Shown here: positions 24,358 through 31,677 of the stretch, piece by piece | Position numbering within the stretch: the first letter of the stretch is position 1 | How the letters are laid out: each line of letters opens with the position of its first letter | Virus record (IMG/VR): IMGVR_UViG_3300047551_000990 | Reading direction: 5' to 3' (one strand) | DNA from: a virus | DNA: 34,103 nucleotides | Translations under genes and position numbers: made by a program | The notes under the pieces: model-generated | Seen by the model: the letters and a program-made list of their open reading frames with translations, nothing else | What the model was told of the DNA's origin: nothing | The model's database searches: none

Positions 24358-26427
24358 TTATTCATCAGGACTCCAAGCATTTACATCATTTGCAAGAAAA
24401 ACAGATTTATGACAAAACAGATTCTTTTGTCCAACCTGACGAATACCAACACTTCCTTTGGCAACAAGATAATCAAGAGCGGTCTTTACCATATCGCTAC
24501 CCATCCCATTACCTTCCTCACGAAGTTTGCGTTTGATGTCATTGAAGTTCATCTCATATCCGTGGCGTTCTAAGAACTGACTGACCTGCTCCATCCTCTG
24601 TTCGTTACTTGATAACACAACAGTCCCACCTGAAATGGAAACTGTAATGCCACCGTCGGCGACAGAGCGCAGATTTACAATGCCAAGGGTCTTGGCGTCG
24701 GGGCAGATGGCACGGACAAAGCCAGGTCTATCTTTAGTGACGGTCAGAGACAGGGCGCCGTCAATGCCACGGCCAAATGGCTGCTCAACCGCCACACTGA
24801 CAGCGACCCCATCAATATCTGCTCTCTTGGCTTGCGCTCCGATGGCGTAATTGCCGCGAGTATCTTTGCTCTTAGTAACGTGGTCAATGGTCAAGATGCC
24901 AGAGCCAAAGGTTCTAAGTGGTCTAAGGATTGTCTGACTGAAATGAGTTGCATCCTTATTCTTCTCTAAATCCAGTCCCATTAGATTCATCGCTGCATTG
25001 ACTCCATCAACTACGACTAGAGATGGCTTAAATTCAGCCAAAGATGCCATTAGCGCTTCTGATACCGCTGGTGTGTGGGGAGAATCTGGGTTTGCATAAA
25101 GGAATGCCTTAAATCGCTCCATAGGCGTTTTCAGGGTCTTTAATCGGTTGAGGATGCCGCGAGCGCTATCTTCAAAGTCAATATAAAAGACAGTGTTGCC
25201 AGCAATTAGTTCTTGGCGCACTGCTTCAAGTGCAACCCAAGTCTTTCCCGATTCTGATTCACCAAAGATGGCGTTGATTTTGCCAGGATATAAAATGAAG
25301 TTGCCATCTTCTCTTTTGAGCATCGTTGGCTGGACATCGGCTTCAAGTTCATAATCACCGATTTCTTTCGGTATCCAAGATGAATCGGCTATTACATTGC
25401 CTTCTTCATCGTGCATCTGCACACCTGATGGGTTGTAATCAGGCAGATTCAAGGCTTGCAATTCTCTGGATTCACCATAACCCAATTGACGAAGGGCTTT
25501 GGCTGCTACTTTGAAATCACCTTGATGTTCAATCAAAGCGTAGGCAGCGAACTTTGAATATGAAGTCTCTGATTCAAAGACTGATGAAGTGGTGAAGCAA
25601 TAGAACTTATCGGTGCCAGCGTGATTGGTGGTGGCGCTGACCCCTTCGCTCTTTCCTGGTCTGCGCCAAGCCGTGACACCATCGCGGGTGGTATAAACCT
25701 TTGTCCAACCTAGTGGTTCCAAGATTTGTGGCCAAGAGACTTTGCGATTGTAGTCATCACCTGGCGTCAATGGTCCTTCTGGCTTTGTCTTGATTTCCTC
25801 TGCGATGTATTCGGCTTTTGGAATCTCATCAAACATTGAGAACAGGTGGTGCAGTGCGTCGCGTTCTTCTCTGGTGATGGTGGGGATGGACGCAGGCCCG
25901 CCGATAAGCATTGTCCACGCTCCGCCTGACGGATGGCAGGAGCCATTGGTCGGTGCCACAATCACAAAGCCGCCTTCGCCTCTGGTTTCGGCTAAGACAT
26001 CTATGTTGCCATTTTCTCCAGGGCGCCTGGCAAGTTTGGTATTGCCTGGAACTTCGCCATCAATGCGATAGAGCCAGTGGATGCCTCCAGATGGTGTTGT
26101 CTCCACATAGCCTGAATTTAGTTTCTGCCATAAAGGTTCAAGACCAGAGTTCTTCGCAATCTCTGCGATGTCTAAATGCATCTTGGCTGCTACTGCTCTG
26201 CCTTCAAGTTCTAGCATCTCTAAGTTGCCAGAGACTTTTCCGCAAATGACACCGACACCTTGAGCATCTGAAAACCAACGCATCAACTCATCGGTTGTTG
26301 GTCTGCGTTCTTGATATTGCTTCCAGGTATCAAGTCCTGGCCTCTTGCTTCCATCCGTTGCAACTGGCACTACTGAAATGCCAGTGTTGGCAAGTTGTAG
26401 CGCTCTAAGCAAGATGTCAGATTTCAT
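24358..26427 (-). CDS. Bifunctional primase-polymerase (PrimPol) fused to a RecA/DnaB-like (AAA_25-type) helicase.
   Basis: N-terminus: GISVVPVATDGSKRPGLDTWKQYQERRPTTDEL...GGIHWLY...GGFVIVAP. C-terminus: Walker A GESESGKT and Walker B LVVVDGV. I prefer the ATG at 26427 (ATGA overlap with the upstream gene). Confidence 0.8.
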   Translation of the reverse strand: MKSDILLRALQLANTGISVVPVATDGSKRPGLDTWKQYQERRPTTDELMRWFSDAQGVGVICGKVSGNLEMLELEGRAVAAKMHLDIAEIAKNSGLEPLWQKLNSGYVETTPSGGIHWLYRIDGEVPGNTKLARRPGENGNIDVLAETRGEGGFVIVAPTNGSCHPSGGAWTMLIGGPASIPTITREERDALHHLFSMFDEIPKAEYIAEEIKTKPEGPLTPGDDYNRKVSWPQILEPLGWTKVYTTRDGVTAWRRPGKSEGVSATTNHAGTDKFYCFTTSSVFESETSYSKFAAYALIEHQGDFKVAAKALRQLGYGESRELQALNLPDYNPSGVQMHDEEGNVIADSSWIPKEIGDYELEADVQPTMLKREDGNFILYPGKINAIFGESESGKTWVALEAVRQELIAGNTVFYIDFEDSARGILNRLKTLKTPMERFKAFLYANPDSPHTPAVSEALMASLAEFKPSLVVVDGVNAAMNLMGLDLEKNKDATHFSQTILRPLRTFGSGILTIDHVTKSKDTRGNYAIGAQAKRADIDGVAVSVAVEQPFGRGIDGALSLTVTKDRPGFVRAICPDAKTLGIVNLRSVADGGITVSISGGTVVLSSNEQRMEQVSQFLERHGYEMNFNDIKRKLREEGNGMGSDMVKTALDYLVAKGSVGIRQVGQKNLFCHKSVFLANDVNAWSPDE

Positions 26428-26606
26428 ATTGACCACCATCCCCGAATCGTTCCCCCTAGTGGGCAGATATTCCAATCTGCCTTTCCGTCTCTAATCCATT
26501 GCTGATGTAATTCTCTTTGAAACTCAAAATCCGTTTCGTGGGTATCTCTCCCGCAATCAGGACATATTGGAACTCCAATCACTTCAAAGATGTGACGACA
26601 ACTCAT
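26424..26606 (-). CDS. Small Cys-containing hypothetical protein.
   Basis: 60 aa with a CPDC motif. AAGGAGA RBS lies upstream of the ATG at 26606. Confidence 0.5.
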   Translation of the reverse strand: MSCRHIFEVIGVPICPDCGRDTHETDFEFQRELHQQWIRDGKADWNICPLGGTIRGWWSI

Positions 26607-26629
26607 CTCATCTCCTTAAATTAGTTCTT

Positions 26630-26694
26630 GTGGAACTGGTGGAATCGAACCACCACACATCTTTGACCCCGATGACGTGTCCCCCAGGCGTTCC
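26630..26694 (-). other. tRNA-like element: perfect T-arm plus a 5-bp acceptor-like stem. It is not a canonical tRNA.
   Basis: The minus strand reads GGAAC...GGTGG-TTCGATT-CCACC-A-GTTCC-AC. GGTTCGATTCC is the T-loop consensus. There is no D-arm, and only a weak anticodon-like stem with a CAT loop. Confidence 0.3.
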
Positions 26695-26695
26695 G

Positions 26696-26729
26696 TCTTG
26701 GTTGGAAACGGAAGGGAAACCAACCAAGA
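26696..26729 (-). other. Perfect 10-bp hairpin just downstream of the 26736 stop codon.
   Basis: tcttggttgg (26696-26705) pairs with ccaaccaaga (26720-26729) across a 14-nt loop. No U-tract follows. Confidence 0.4.
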
Positions 26730-26735
26730 TTCTAT

Positions 26736-27194
26736 TTATACTGGCTTTGCTCCTAGTTGGCCAAGCAGTGCCAGAACTTCTGGCGATAGATTGTTTGGGT
26801 CAACAGGCGCAGGCGCAGGCGTTGCCTCTGGCTTTGCTCCCGCACTGCCAAGATAGGCATTTGCCTTTGCTAGTGCTGCTGCGTCCCCTGTGGCATCAAT
26901 GAGAATCCACGGTGCCGATTTACCAGGCTTTGCAGTCCCCTGTCCGATACGGGCAAGAACCTTCTGACCTGTTTTGCTCTTTAGAGCATTGCGTAGAGCG
27001 ACATTGAACCAAAGAAGCGATGAATGCTCCTTGTTGGTATCAAGGTCAATGACGTTCACTTCGATTGCTTCTGCTTCTCCGTGAACGGTTGGAATACCTA
27101 TCTTGTATTCGATAGGTGAGATGATGAGCAAGTGATTCGCTAGGTCAGCGACTTTCACTGTCTCGCTTGCATTACTTGGTGCGACGAAGGCCAT
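26736..27194 (-). CDS. Hypothetical protein with a globular core and an Ala/Pro-rich flexible tail; SSB-like layout is speculative.
   Basis: 152-aa ORF in the replication/recombination module. C-terminal tail: AGAKPEATPAPAPVDPNNLSPEVLALLGQLGAKPV. Confidence 0.5.
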   Translation of the reverse strand: MAFVAPSNASETVKVADLANHLLIISPIEYKIGIPTVHGEAEAIEVNVIDLDTNKEHSSLLWFNVALRNALKSKTGQKVLARIGQGTAKPGKSAPWILIDATGDAAALAKANAYLGSAGAKPEATPAPAPVDPNNLSPEVLALLGQLGAKPV

Positions 27195-27213
27195 TCCCCC
27201 GACTCCATTTCTG

Positions 27214-27447
27214 TTAGTTGTTTTCTCTAACTCTATTCATTGCATCTTCGTCATTGTTTTTAGCAATGTCGTTGATTGTAGGTTCATTATCAAATACTGC
27301 GATGTAATCTTCTGGCAATTCATCTTCTGTCACTAATAGACAGATGTAAGCATCACCGCGAATGCCAAGGCATCTGGCAACTAGGCGCAAAACTAAGGCT
27401 TGAAATCTATTCATCGAAGAGATTATCAATTTAGGCCTGGGTGTCAC
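27214..27447 (-). CDS. Hypothetical protein.
   Basis: 77-aa ORF with a GTG start at 27447 preceded by AAAGGA. Confidence 0.45.
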   Translation of the reverse strand: MTPRPKLIISSMNRFQALVLRLVARCLGIRGDAYICLLVTEDELPEDYIAVFDNEPTINDIAKNNDEDAMNRVRENN

Positions 27448-28168
27448 CGTTGCATCCTTTCGCTAAATCATTACTAAATGGGATGAAATATGGACACCAA
27501 TTACAGTTCCGCGATGGCGCTGCTGGTATCACATTGAGCATTGTTGGATTGGCTTCTACATCTACTGTTGAAAGTAGCGTGTAAAGGTCATCAATGCGTG
27601 ACAGGGCTTTAAGTGCAACGCTCTCATCGTAGTCAAAGAGTTCGCAGTGCATATCTTCTAAAGCCCCTGATGTTGGCAGATAGACAAGACCAACCTTGTT
27701 CACAGTGGCGCCTGATTGGGCTTTACCGTAACCATAAAGTTGAATCTGGACCTGCTGTTGAATCGTCGCACCTTCACTGCGACGTTCTTTCAACTGATTG
27801 AATCCGACAGTTTTCCAATCCAGGACAATGCCACGGATGCTGTCAAACAGGTCAACGGTTCCCGATAGGTTCGCACGAATCACAACGCGCTGCTCAACTT
27901 CATAGCCTTCGATTTTGCCAAAGACTTCAGCCAAGTATGCGTGAATTGCAATGCCAACCTGGGCTGCCCAAGAGGAAGAGCCGCTTTCATTTGGCTTCTC
28001 CCAATCAAGCAGTTTGTAAGCCAACCTGCGTGAACATTCGTGTCCAATCTCTGAAGGACCGATAGCAATTTGCTTGCTTCTCGGCGACCAAGTGCCAGCC
28101 TGCACAATCAATTCTTTTAATTGTTGCGCAACTTGTTGACCTGGCGAAGATATTGATGCAAAGGTCAT
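27431..28168 (-). CDS. Cas4/RecB-like PD-(D/E)xK exonuclease with a four-Cys cluster.
   Basis: GPSEIGHECSRRLAY, GTVDLFD, VLDWKT, QIQLYGY, and C-terminal CNWCPYF...GC. Confidence 0.75.
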   Translation of the reverse strand: MTFASISSPGQQVAQQLKELIVQAGTWSPRSKQIAIGPSEIGHECSRRLAYKLLDWEKPNESGSSSWAAQVGIAIHAYLAEVFGKIEGYEVEQRVVIRANLSGTVDLFDSIRGIVLDWKTVGFNQLKERRSEGATIQQQVQIQLYGYGKAQSGATVNKVGLVYLPTSGALEDMHCELFDYDESVALKALSRIDDLYTLLSTVDVEANPTMLNVIPAAPSRNCNWCPYFIPFSNDLAKGCNGDTQA

Positions 28169-28251
28169 TCGTCATCCTCATCTTCTTCCCAGATTTCTTC
28201 ATCTGGGATTGACGGTGTGATTGGAGTTATCCAAGGATTGTTAATACTCAT
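28165..28251 (-). CDS. Acidic micro-ORF (28 aa), absent from the ORF track.
   Basis: MSINNPWITPITPSIPDEEIWEEDEDDE. ATGA start/stop overlaps occur at both ends. The frame was checked triplet by triplet. Confidence 0.35.
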   Translation of the reverse strand: MSINNPWITPITPSIPDEEIWEEDEDDE

Positions 28252-28562
28252 TGATTATCAACCAAGGAGAATCTTCGAGTCTGCTGAATTACTTCAAGCA
28301 TCTCGATTACTTGTGGTGGCAAGATTTCTCTAGCGCGTTTGGTATCAAAGCGCTTAGATTGAATCTGGGTCCATCGGATGACGGTTTGCCCATTATGAAC
28401 CGCTTCCTCGCAATCGCCCAGAGCAGTCTCCAGGCGAGAGCGAGCAATGTCGGCAACTTCTTGCCATTCTTTAATCTTGGCCAAGGCTTCTCGGTATTGC
28501 TTTAGCCATTGAGCAGTGTTGTCATCTAAAACAACAACACCTTTTTCTATTTGCATTGACAT
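28248..28562 (-). CDS. Hypothetical protein (coiled-coil N-terminus).
   Basis: 104-aa ORF in the recombination module. Confidence 0.5.
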   Translation of the reverse strand: MSMQIEKGVVVLDDNTAQWLKQYREALAKIKEWQEVADIARSRLETALGDCEEAVHNGQTVIRWTQIQSKRFDTKRAREILPPQVIEMLEVIQQTRRFSLVDNQ

Positions 28563-28582
28563 AGTTACCCCCTAGTCATTTT

Positions 28583-28960
28583 TTAGTACCAAAGATTGCG
28601 TTTGAAGTGGGTCCAGGCAGCGCAGGGGCCGCCAGAACCATATTTTCTACCGATATATGCAAGCGTTGCTACTGTTTGAGCGACACCAGAATCAGAATGT
28701 TTCATTCCTAGATTCTTGTATGTTCCATCAAGCAACTGCCCAATTCCTTTGGCGCTGCTCTTAGGATTCTTGGCCTTTGGATTCCAAGCGGATTCCTTAC
28801 CGACCAATTTTGTGAAGCAGGCGAACTGCTTCTTTGTTAGCAATTCCCGCGCTATCTGCTTTGGATTGACCTGCATTAGTGCTGGTCTTTCCTTGTAGAT
28901 GACGGTGGCAGGTATTGCTGGCTGTGGTGCAAAGGCAGCGTTGACTAATAATGATGTCAT
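28583..28960 (-). CDS. Lytic transglycosylase-like (SLT-type) domain protein.
   Basis: VGKESAWNPKAKNPKSSAKGIGQLLDGTY matches the E-S...N-P...S-A-x-G-x-x-Q SLT catalytic motif. ATGA overlap with whiB. Confidence 0.6.
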   Translation of the reverse strand: MTSLLVNAAFAPQPAIPATVIYKERPALMQVNPKQIARELLTKKQFACFTKLVGKESAWNPKAKNPKSSAKGIGQLLDGTYKNLGMKHSDSGVAQTVATLAYIGRKYGSGGPCAAWTHFKRNLWY

Positions 28961-29430
28961 TGCTGAAACCCCGATGATAATGGCGATTCCCCGCCACGTT
29001 TTTCGTCTGTTAGTTGTGATTGGATTTCTCCTTCCAATTTCACACCAGCACGCTTGAGAACAGTCGTTACATACGAATGCTCAAGATGAAGTGCTGCTGC
29101 GATTTCTTTTGGTGTGCAACCCGACCCGAACATCACGCGGACCTTTTCCGCATAGTTGGCGCGTGGAGCATTCGCATAACGTGCATTAAGCATTCGTTTG
29201 CGTTGCTCTGGCGTGAAACCCGCCCATATTCCATAGGGGATTTCGTTGTCGAGTGCATAGTCCAAGCACTCCTTTCGTTCGATACAGCCATCACACATCT
29301 TGCGGATGGCAGGGAGCGACGTTCGCTCTTGTGCGCGTGATTCTGGAAAGAAGATATTTGCATCTTCAATCTCTTTGCATTTGGCTCTTGGCAGGTTGGG
29401 GATGATGGGAATGAATTCAAAAAAATTCAC
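28957..29430 (-). CDS. whiB: WhiB-like Fe-S transcription factor fused to a C-terminal helix-turn-helix.
   Basis: Four Cys in C-x29-C-x2-C-x5-C (AKCKE...KMCDGCIERKEC), followed by the GIWAG turn (WhiB G[V/I]WGG motif). C-terminal CTPKEIAAALHLEHSYVTTVLKRAG is HTH-like. Confidence 0.75.
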   Translation of the reverse strand: MNFFEFIPIIPNLPRAKCKEIEDANIFFPESRAQERTSLPAIRKMCDGCIERKECLDYALDNEIPYGIWAGFTPEQRKRMLNARYANAPRANYAEKVRVMFGSGCTPKEIAAALHLEHSYVTTVLKRAGVKLEGEIQSQLTDEKRGGESPLSSGFQQ

Positions 29431-29777
29431 AACCTCTCCTTCAGCCAGGAATCCAAATCCTGAACCACGAAAGCCTTCTCGATGGAAGAATTCCTGCGCT
29501 TGATGATTACAAACGCAGGTGGCGTCTCATCTAAACCACGCGCTTTGGCGTAGTTCTTAGATTCAACAACCGCTTCTTCCCAGAAGGCAGGTAAAGAAAT
29601 GGATTTGCGGTTCTTCAACTCAAGGATATGAGTCTTGCCCGCGATGATGGCAACGATGTCGCCTTCATCCTTCTGACCCGAAAGTCGCAAACGTTCTGCT
29701 GATATTCCGTGAGAACGCAACCACTTGAGAACTCCCAGTTCAAAAGCAGCACCTTTGCGACCATTCGGGTTGGCCAT
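29427..29777 (-). CDS. PD-(D/E)xK nuclease, Holliday-junction-resolvase (Hjc)-like.
   Basis: RKGAAFELGVLKWLRSHG...SGQKDEGDIVAI...ILELKNRK (E...D...ExK arrangement). Confidence 0.55.
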   Translation of the reverse strand: MANPNGRKGAAFELGVLKWLRSHGISAERLRLSGQKDEGDIVAIIAGKTHILELKNRKSISLPAFWEEAVVESKNYAKARGLDETPPAFVIIKRRNSSIEKAFVVQDLDSWLKERL

Positions 29778-30124
29778 TACTTTACCAACTCTAGTTTTGC
29801 AGGCTTCTTATTCATTGCCCGATATTCTTTCACAATCATAATCAACTGCTCCGCCAGGGTCAGCGCCTCTGCCTCTGTCAATTTTGCAATCTTGCAAATG
29901 ACATCGGGCATTCCAGCACGGACTTTATCTAGGCGACTTGCAGCATCTAAATGCTTGAGAGCATCAACACTTGCAAATTCTTTAAGTCCTGCAAGGTCAA
30001 TCAGATTTACCTGGTCGGTGACATCTTCTAGCAGGTCTAGGTTGGCATCACGTTCTTCAAGGTAAATGGCAAATTCCCCATCGCCTGTGGCGTGGACGCT
30101 AAAGAGCGGCTCTCTGTGTCTCAT
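29777..30124 (-). CDS. Hypothetical acidic protein.
   Basis: 115-aa ORF with a 1-nt overlap downstream and an ATGA overlap upstream. Confidence 0.5.
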   Translation of the reverse strand: MRHREPLFSVHATGDGEFAIYLEERDANLDLLEDVTDQVNLIDLAGLKEFASVDALKHLDAASRLDKVRAGMPDVICKIAKLTEAEALTLAEQLIMIVKEYRAMNKKPAKLELVK

Positions 30125-30279
30125 TTGCGCTCCAATGCCTGTTGCATCTTCTTCTGGCTAGAATCCCATTCCTGGGCCTGCCTGATGGCCTCATCGAGCG
30201 GGCTGGCGTCGTAGCGCAGAACGGCCACGATGACCCCTAGAATCCCCGCTAAAGCCCCAATAATGACTATCTGGTCCAT
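30121..30279 (-). CDS. Small membrane protein (52 aa); first gene of the leftward early operon and absent from the ORF track.
   Basis: MDQIVIIGALAGILGVIVAVLRYDASPLDEAIRQAQEWDSSQKKMQQALERK. AAAGGGGG RBS upstream. TGA overlaps the next ATG. The frame was checked triplet by triplet. Confidence 0.5.
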   Translation of the reverse strand: MDQIVIIGALAGILGVIVAVLRYDASPLDEAIRQAQEWDSSQKKMQQALERK

Positions 30280-30324
30280 ATGGACCCCCTTTCGTTTGGC
30301 GTAAGTATGGCCTACACCCCTGAC

Positions 30325-30354
30325 AGCCTATGGGCGACACGCCGAAAGGGTCAA
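30325..30354 (-). promoter_or_regulatory. Candidate leftward early promoter (TTGACC-18-TAGGCT).
   Basis: On the minus strand, TTGACC is at 30354-30349 and TAGGCT (TAnnnT-type -10) is at 30330-30325. This is upstream of the 30279 start. Confidence 0.3.
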
Positions 30355-30366
30355 TCTTGGGTTGTA

Positions 30367-30395
30367 TTGACACTGTATGGACAAACTGTTTTAAT
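30367..30395 (+). promoter_or_regulatory. Candidate rightward promoter (TTGACA-17-TTTAAT).
   Basis: ttgaca at 30367-30372, a 17-nt spacer, and tttaat at 30390-30395. This is about 48 nt upstream of the ATG at 30443. Confidence 0.45.
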
Positions 30396-30442
30396 TGTCT
30401 TATTGGGCGAAGCGCAGTAGCCCAGAGAAACGGAAGAAGAAA

Positions 30443-30703
30443 ATGGTCAGCACAACACGAATCACAAGCAATGTAAAAATTTCAGAGTTTCCTGAAATGG
30501 CAGATGCTTTACTTGATGCTTACAACAACAACAGTCAAAATCGTTGGGCAATTCTTGAGTTACTTGCAAAGCAAACAGAAGCAAAGCAAAACAAATTTTG
30601 GAAGTTTTACGATGCGTTTGTAGCCGAAAAAAACAGTGAAGTTATTGCTCAAGACAGCCGCATTGGTCTTATCAACCGATTCTCTGCAAAGGCAGGTGCA
30701 TAA
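30443..30703 (+). CDS. Hypothetical protein (86 aa).
   Basis: ATG at 30443 with GGAAGAAG upstream. The TTG start at 30395 in the ORF track would lie inside the -10 box. Confidence 0.5.
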   Translation: MVSTTRITSNVKISEFPEMADALLDAYNNNSQNRWAILELLAKQTEAKQNKFWKFYDAFVAEKNSEVIAQDSRIGLINRFSAKAGA

Positions 30704-30705
30704 CA

Positions 30706-30969
30706 ATGACAACACAACAAGATTGCGGTTTGTTTGACCACACGCAACGCGCACACGATTTCAAAGTAAGCAAACAACAGGCTGGCATTTATATCACTTG
30801 CTGTGGCGATGAGATTAAGTTCTACACATCAACAGAATTCGGATTGTCAGATTCGGTTGGTTGGTATATTACGCAAGCCAATGGCAGTTTTAACGGTGAC
30901 CGCTTTCATACTCTTGCAGAAGCAAAAACATTTCTTATCCGCTATCACACTGTAAAGGTAGGTGCATAA
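30706..30969 (+). CDS. Hypothetical protein (87 aa).
   Basis: The ORF starts 2 nt after the upstream stop. The RBS AAGGCAGG is embedded in the upstream C-terminal codons. Confidence 0.5.
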   Translation: MTTQQDCGLFDHTQRAHDFKVSKQQAGIYITCCGDEIKFYTSTEFGLSDSVGWYITQANGSFNGDRFHTLAEAKTFLIRYHTVKVGA

Positions 30970-31088
30970 TGCTAGAGATACTCTTTGGAATGCACCTTGG
31001 CGGTTGGAAGGCATATGTCCAGTTTTGGTTCTGGACAGGTCTTGCTTTGATTATCGTTCTACGCTGGATGAAAAGGAATATGCGATGA
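30969..31088 (+). CDS. Small hydrophobic protein (39 aa), absent from the ORF track.
   Basis: MLEILFGMHLGGWKAYVQFWFWTGLALIIVLRWMKRNMR. TAATG overlap upstream and ATGA overlap downstream. Confidence 0.4.
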   Translation: MLEILFGMHLGGWKAYVQFWFWTGLALIIVLRWMKRNMR

Positions 31089-31282
31089 GCGCGATGGGCA
31101 ATTACTACTTAACACTGCAAACCGATGCAATTGATTATCTTGCCGAGCAAGGCATTGATAAAGAATCACTTTGGGATGTTTCAGAAGATAGTTATCACTT
31201 TGTTGTGGCTCTTGCTGAGATGCACCGCAATGATGTCAGCATTGACACCATCAAGCGCATTATGAGCGAGGCGCATCTATGA
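31085..31282 (+). CDS. Hypothetical protein (65 aa).
   Basis: I prefer the ATG at 31085 (MSAMGNYYLTLQ...) with an AAAGGAA RBS. The track start at 30962 is an in-frame extension. Confidence 0.45.
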   Translation: MSAMGNYYLTLQTDAIDYLAEQGIDKESLWDVSEDSYHFVVALAEMHRNDVSIDTIKRIMSEAHL

Positions 31283-31470
31283 GCGCGATGAGCAACTTGC
31301 ACCTGCAACTGACAATCGCAATGGAACACACCGCTGACAAACTGCGCGAAGCCACCAAGGATGGCAGTGGCGAAATTATGGAAGCCACCTGCCATACTGC
31401 AATTGAACTTCTTCAAATCTGCGCTAATGCTTTTGCCGAGGTTCGCGAAGGGTCCAGCAATGGAAATTAG
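31279..31470 (+). CDS. Hypothetical protein (63 aa).
   Basis: ATGA overlap with the upstream gene. Confidence 0.45.
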   Translation: MSAMSNLHLQLTIAMEHTADKLREATKDGSGEIMEATCHTAIELLQICANAFAEVREGSSNGN

Positions 31471-31552
31471 ACGATGCCCTAAATGCCATCAGATTGATTG
31501 GCAGCAAGGTTTTCATATCCCGTGCAACTGTAATCGAAAGGAGAAGAAATGA
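31460..31552 (+). CDS. Tiny four-Cys (Zn-ribbon-like) protein (30 aa).
   Basis: MEIRRCPKCHQIDWQQGFHIPCNCNRKEKK with GAAGGG upstream. It is the 3' part of track ORF 31361..31552. Confidence 0.35.
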   Translation: MEIRRCPKCHQIDWQQGFHIPCNCNRKEKK

Positions 31553-31677
31553 AGAAGATTCGCTCCGTCCGTGTTAGTGATTTGCTCTGGCAGAAGGTAA
31601 AAGCCAAGGCCAAGGCAGAGGATAAAACTGTCAGCGAAGTAATTACTAACGCGCTGCGTGATTATGTAAAACCTTAG
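31549..31677 (+). CDS. Ribbon-helix-helix (CopG/Arc/MetJ-like) DNA-binding protein (42 aa), absent from the ORF track.
   Basis: MKKIRSVRVSDLLWQKVKAKAKAEDKTVSEVITNALRDYVKP shows a beta-strand, helix, helix pattern. AAAGGAGAAG RBS upstream. ATGA overlap with the upstream gene. Confidence 0.55.
   Translation: MKKIRSVRVSDLLWQKVKAKAKAEDKTVSEVITNALRDYVKP

Noticed and set aside
26630-26694. A canonical tRNA gene (tRNA-Met, anticodon CAT).
   Set aside because: The element is only about 65 nt. It has no D-arm, a 5-bp acceptor stem, a mismatched anticodon stem with a pyrimidine at position 37, and an over-long variable region. It is kept only as a tRNA-like element.
30191-30373. 60-aa minus-strand ORF in the divergent promoter region.
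   Set aside because: It has Arg/Gly/Pro-rich composition and would span both candidate promoters. A better-supported 52-aa membrane ORF (30121..30279), with an RBS and an ATGA overlap, occupies the other frame.
31085-31290. A repeated 12-mer atgagcgcgatg at the starts of two consecutive genes (both begin MSAM), and a repeated aagg[c/t]aggtgcataa at two gene ends (30688-30703, 30954-30969).
   Set aside because: These are short, and are explained by conserved RBS/start contexts or small local duplications. No further structure or pairing potential was found.
31361-31552. 63-aa ORF overlapping 31279..31470 by 110 nt.
   Set aside because: Only its last 30 codons (from the ATG at 31460, with an RBS) fit the head-to-tail coupled pattern of this operon. 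The upstream part is more simply the alternative frame of 31279..31470. The call remains uncertain.
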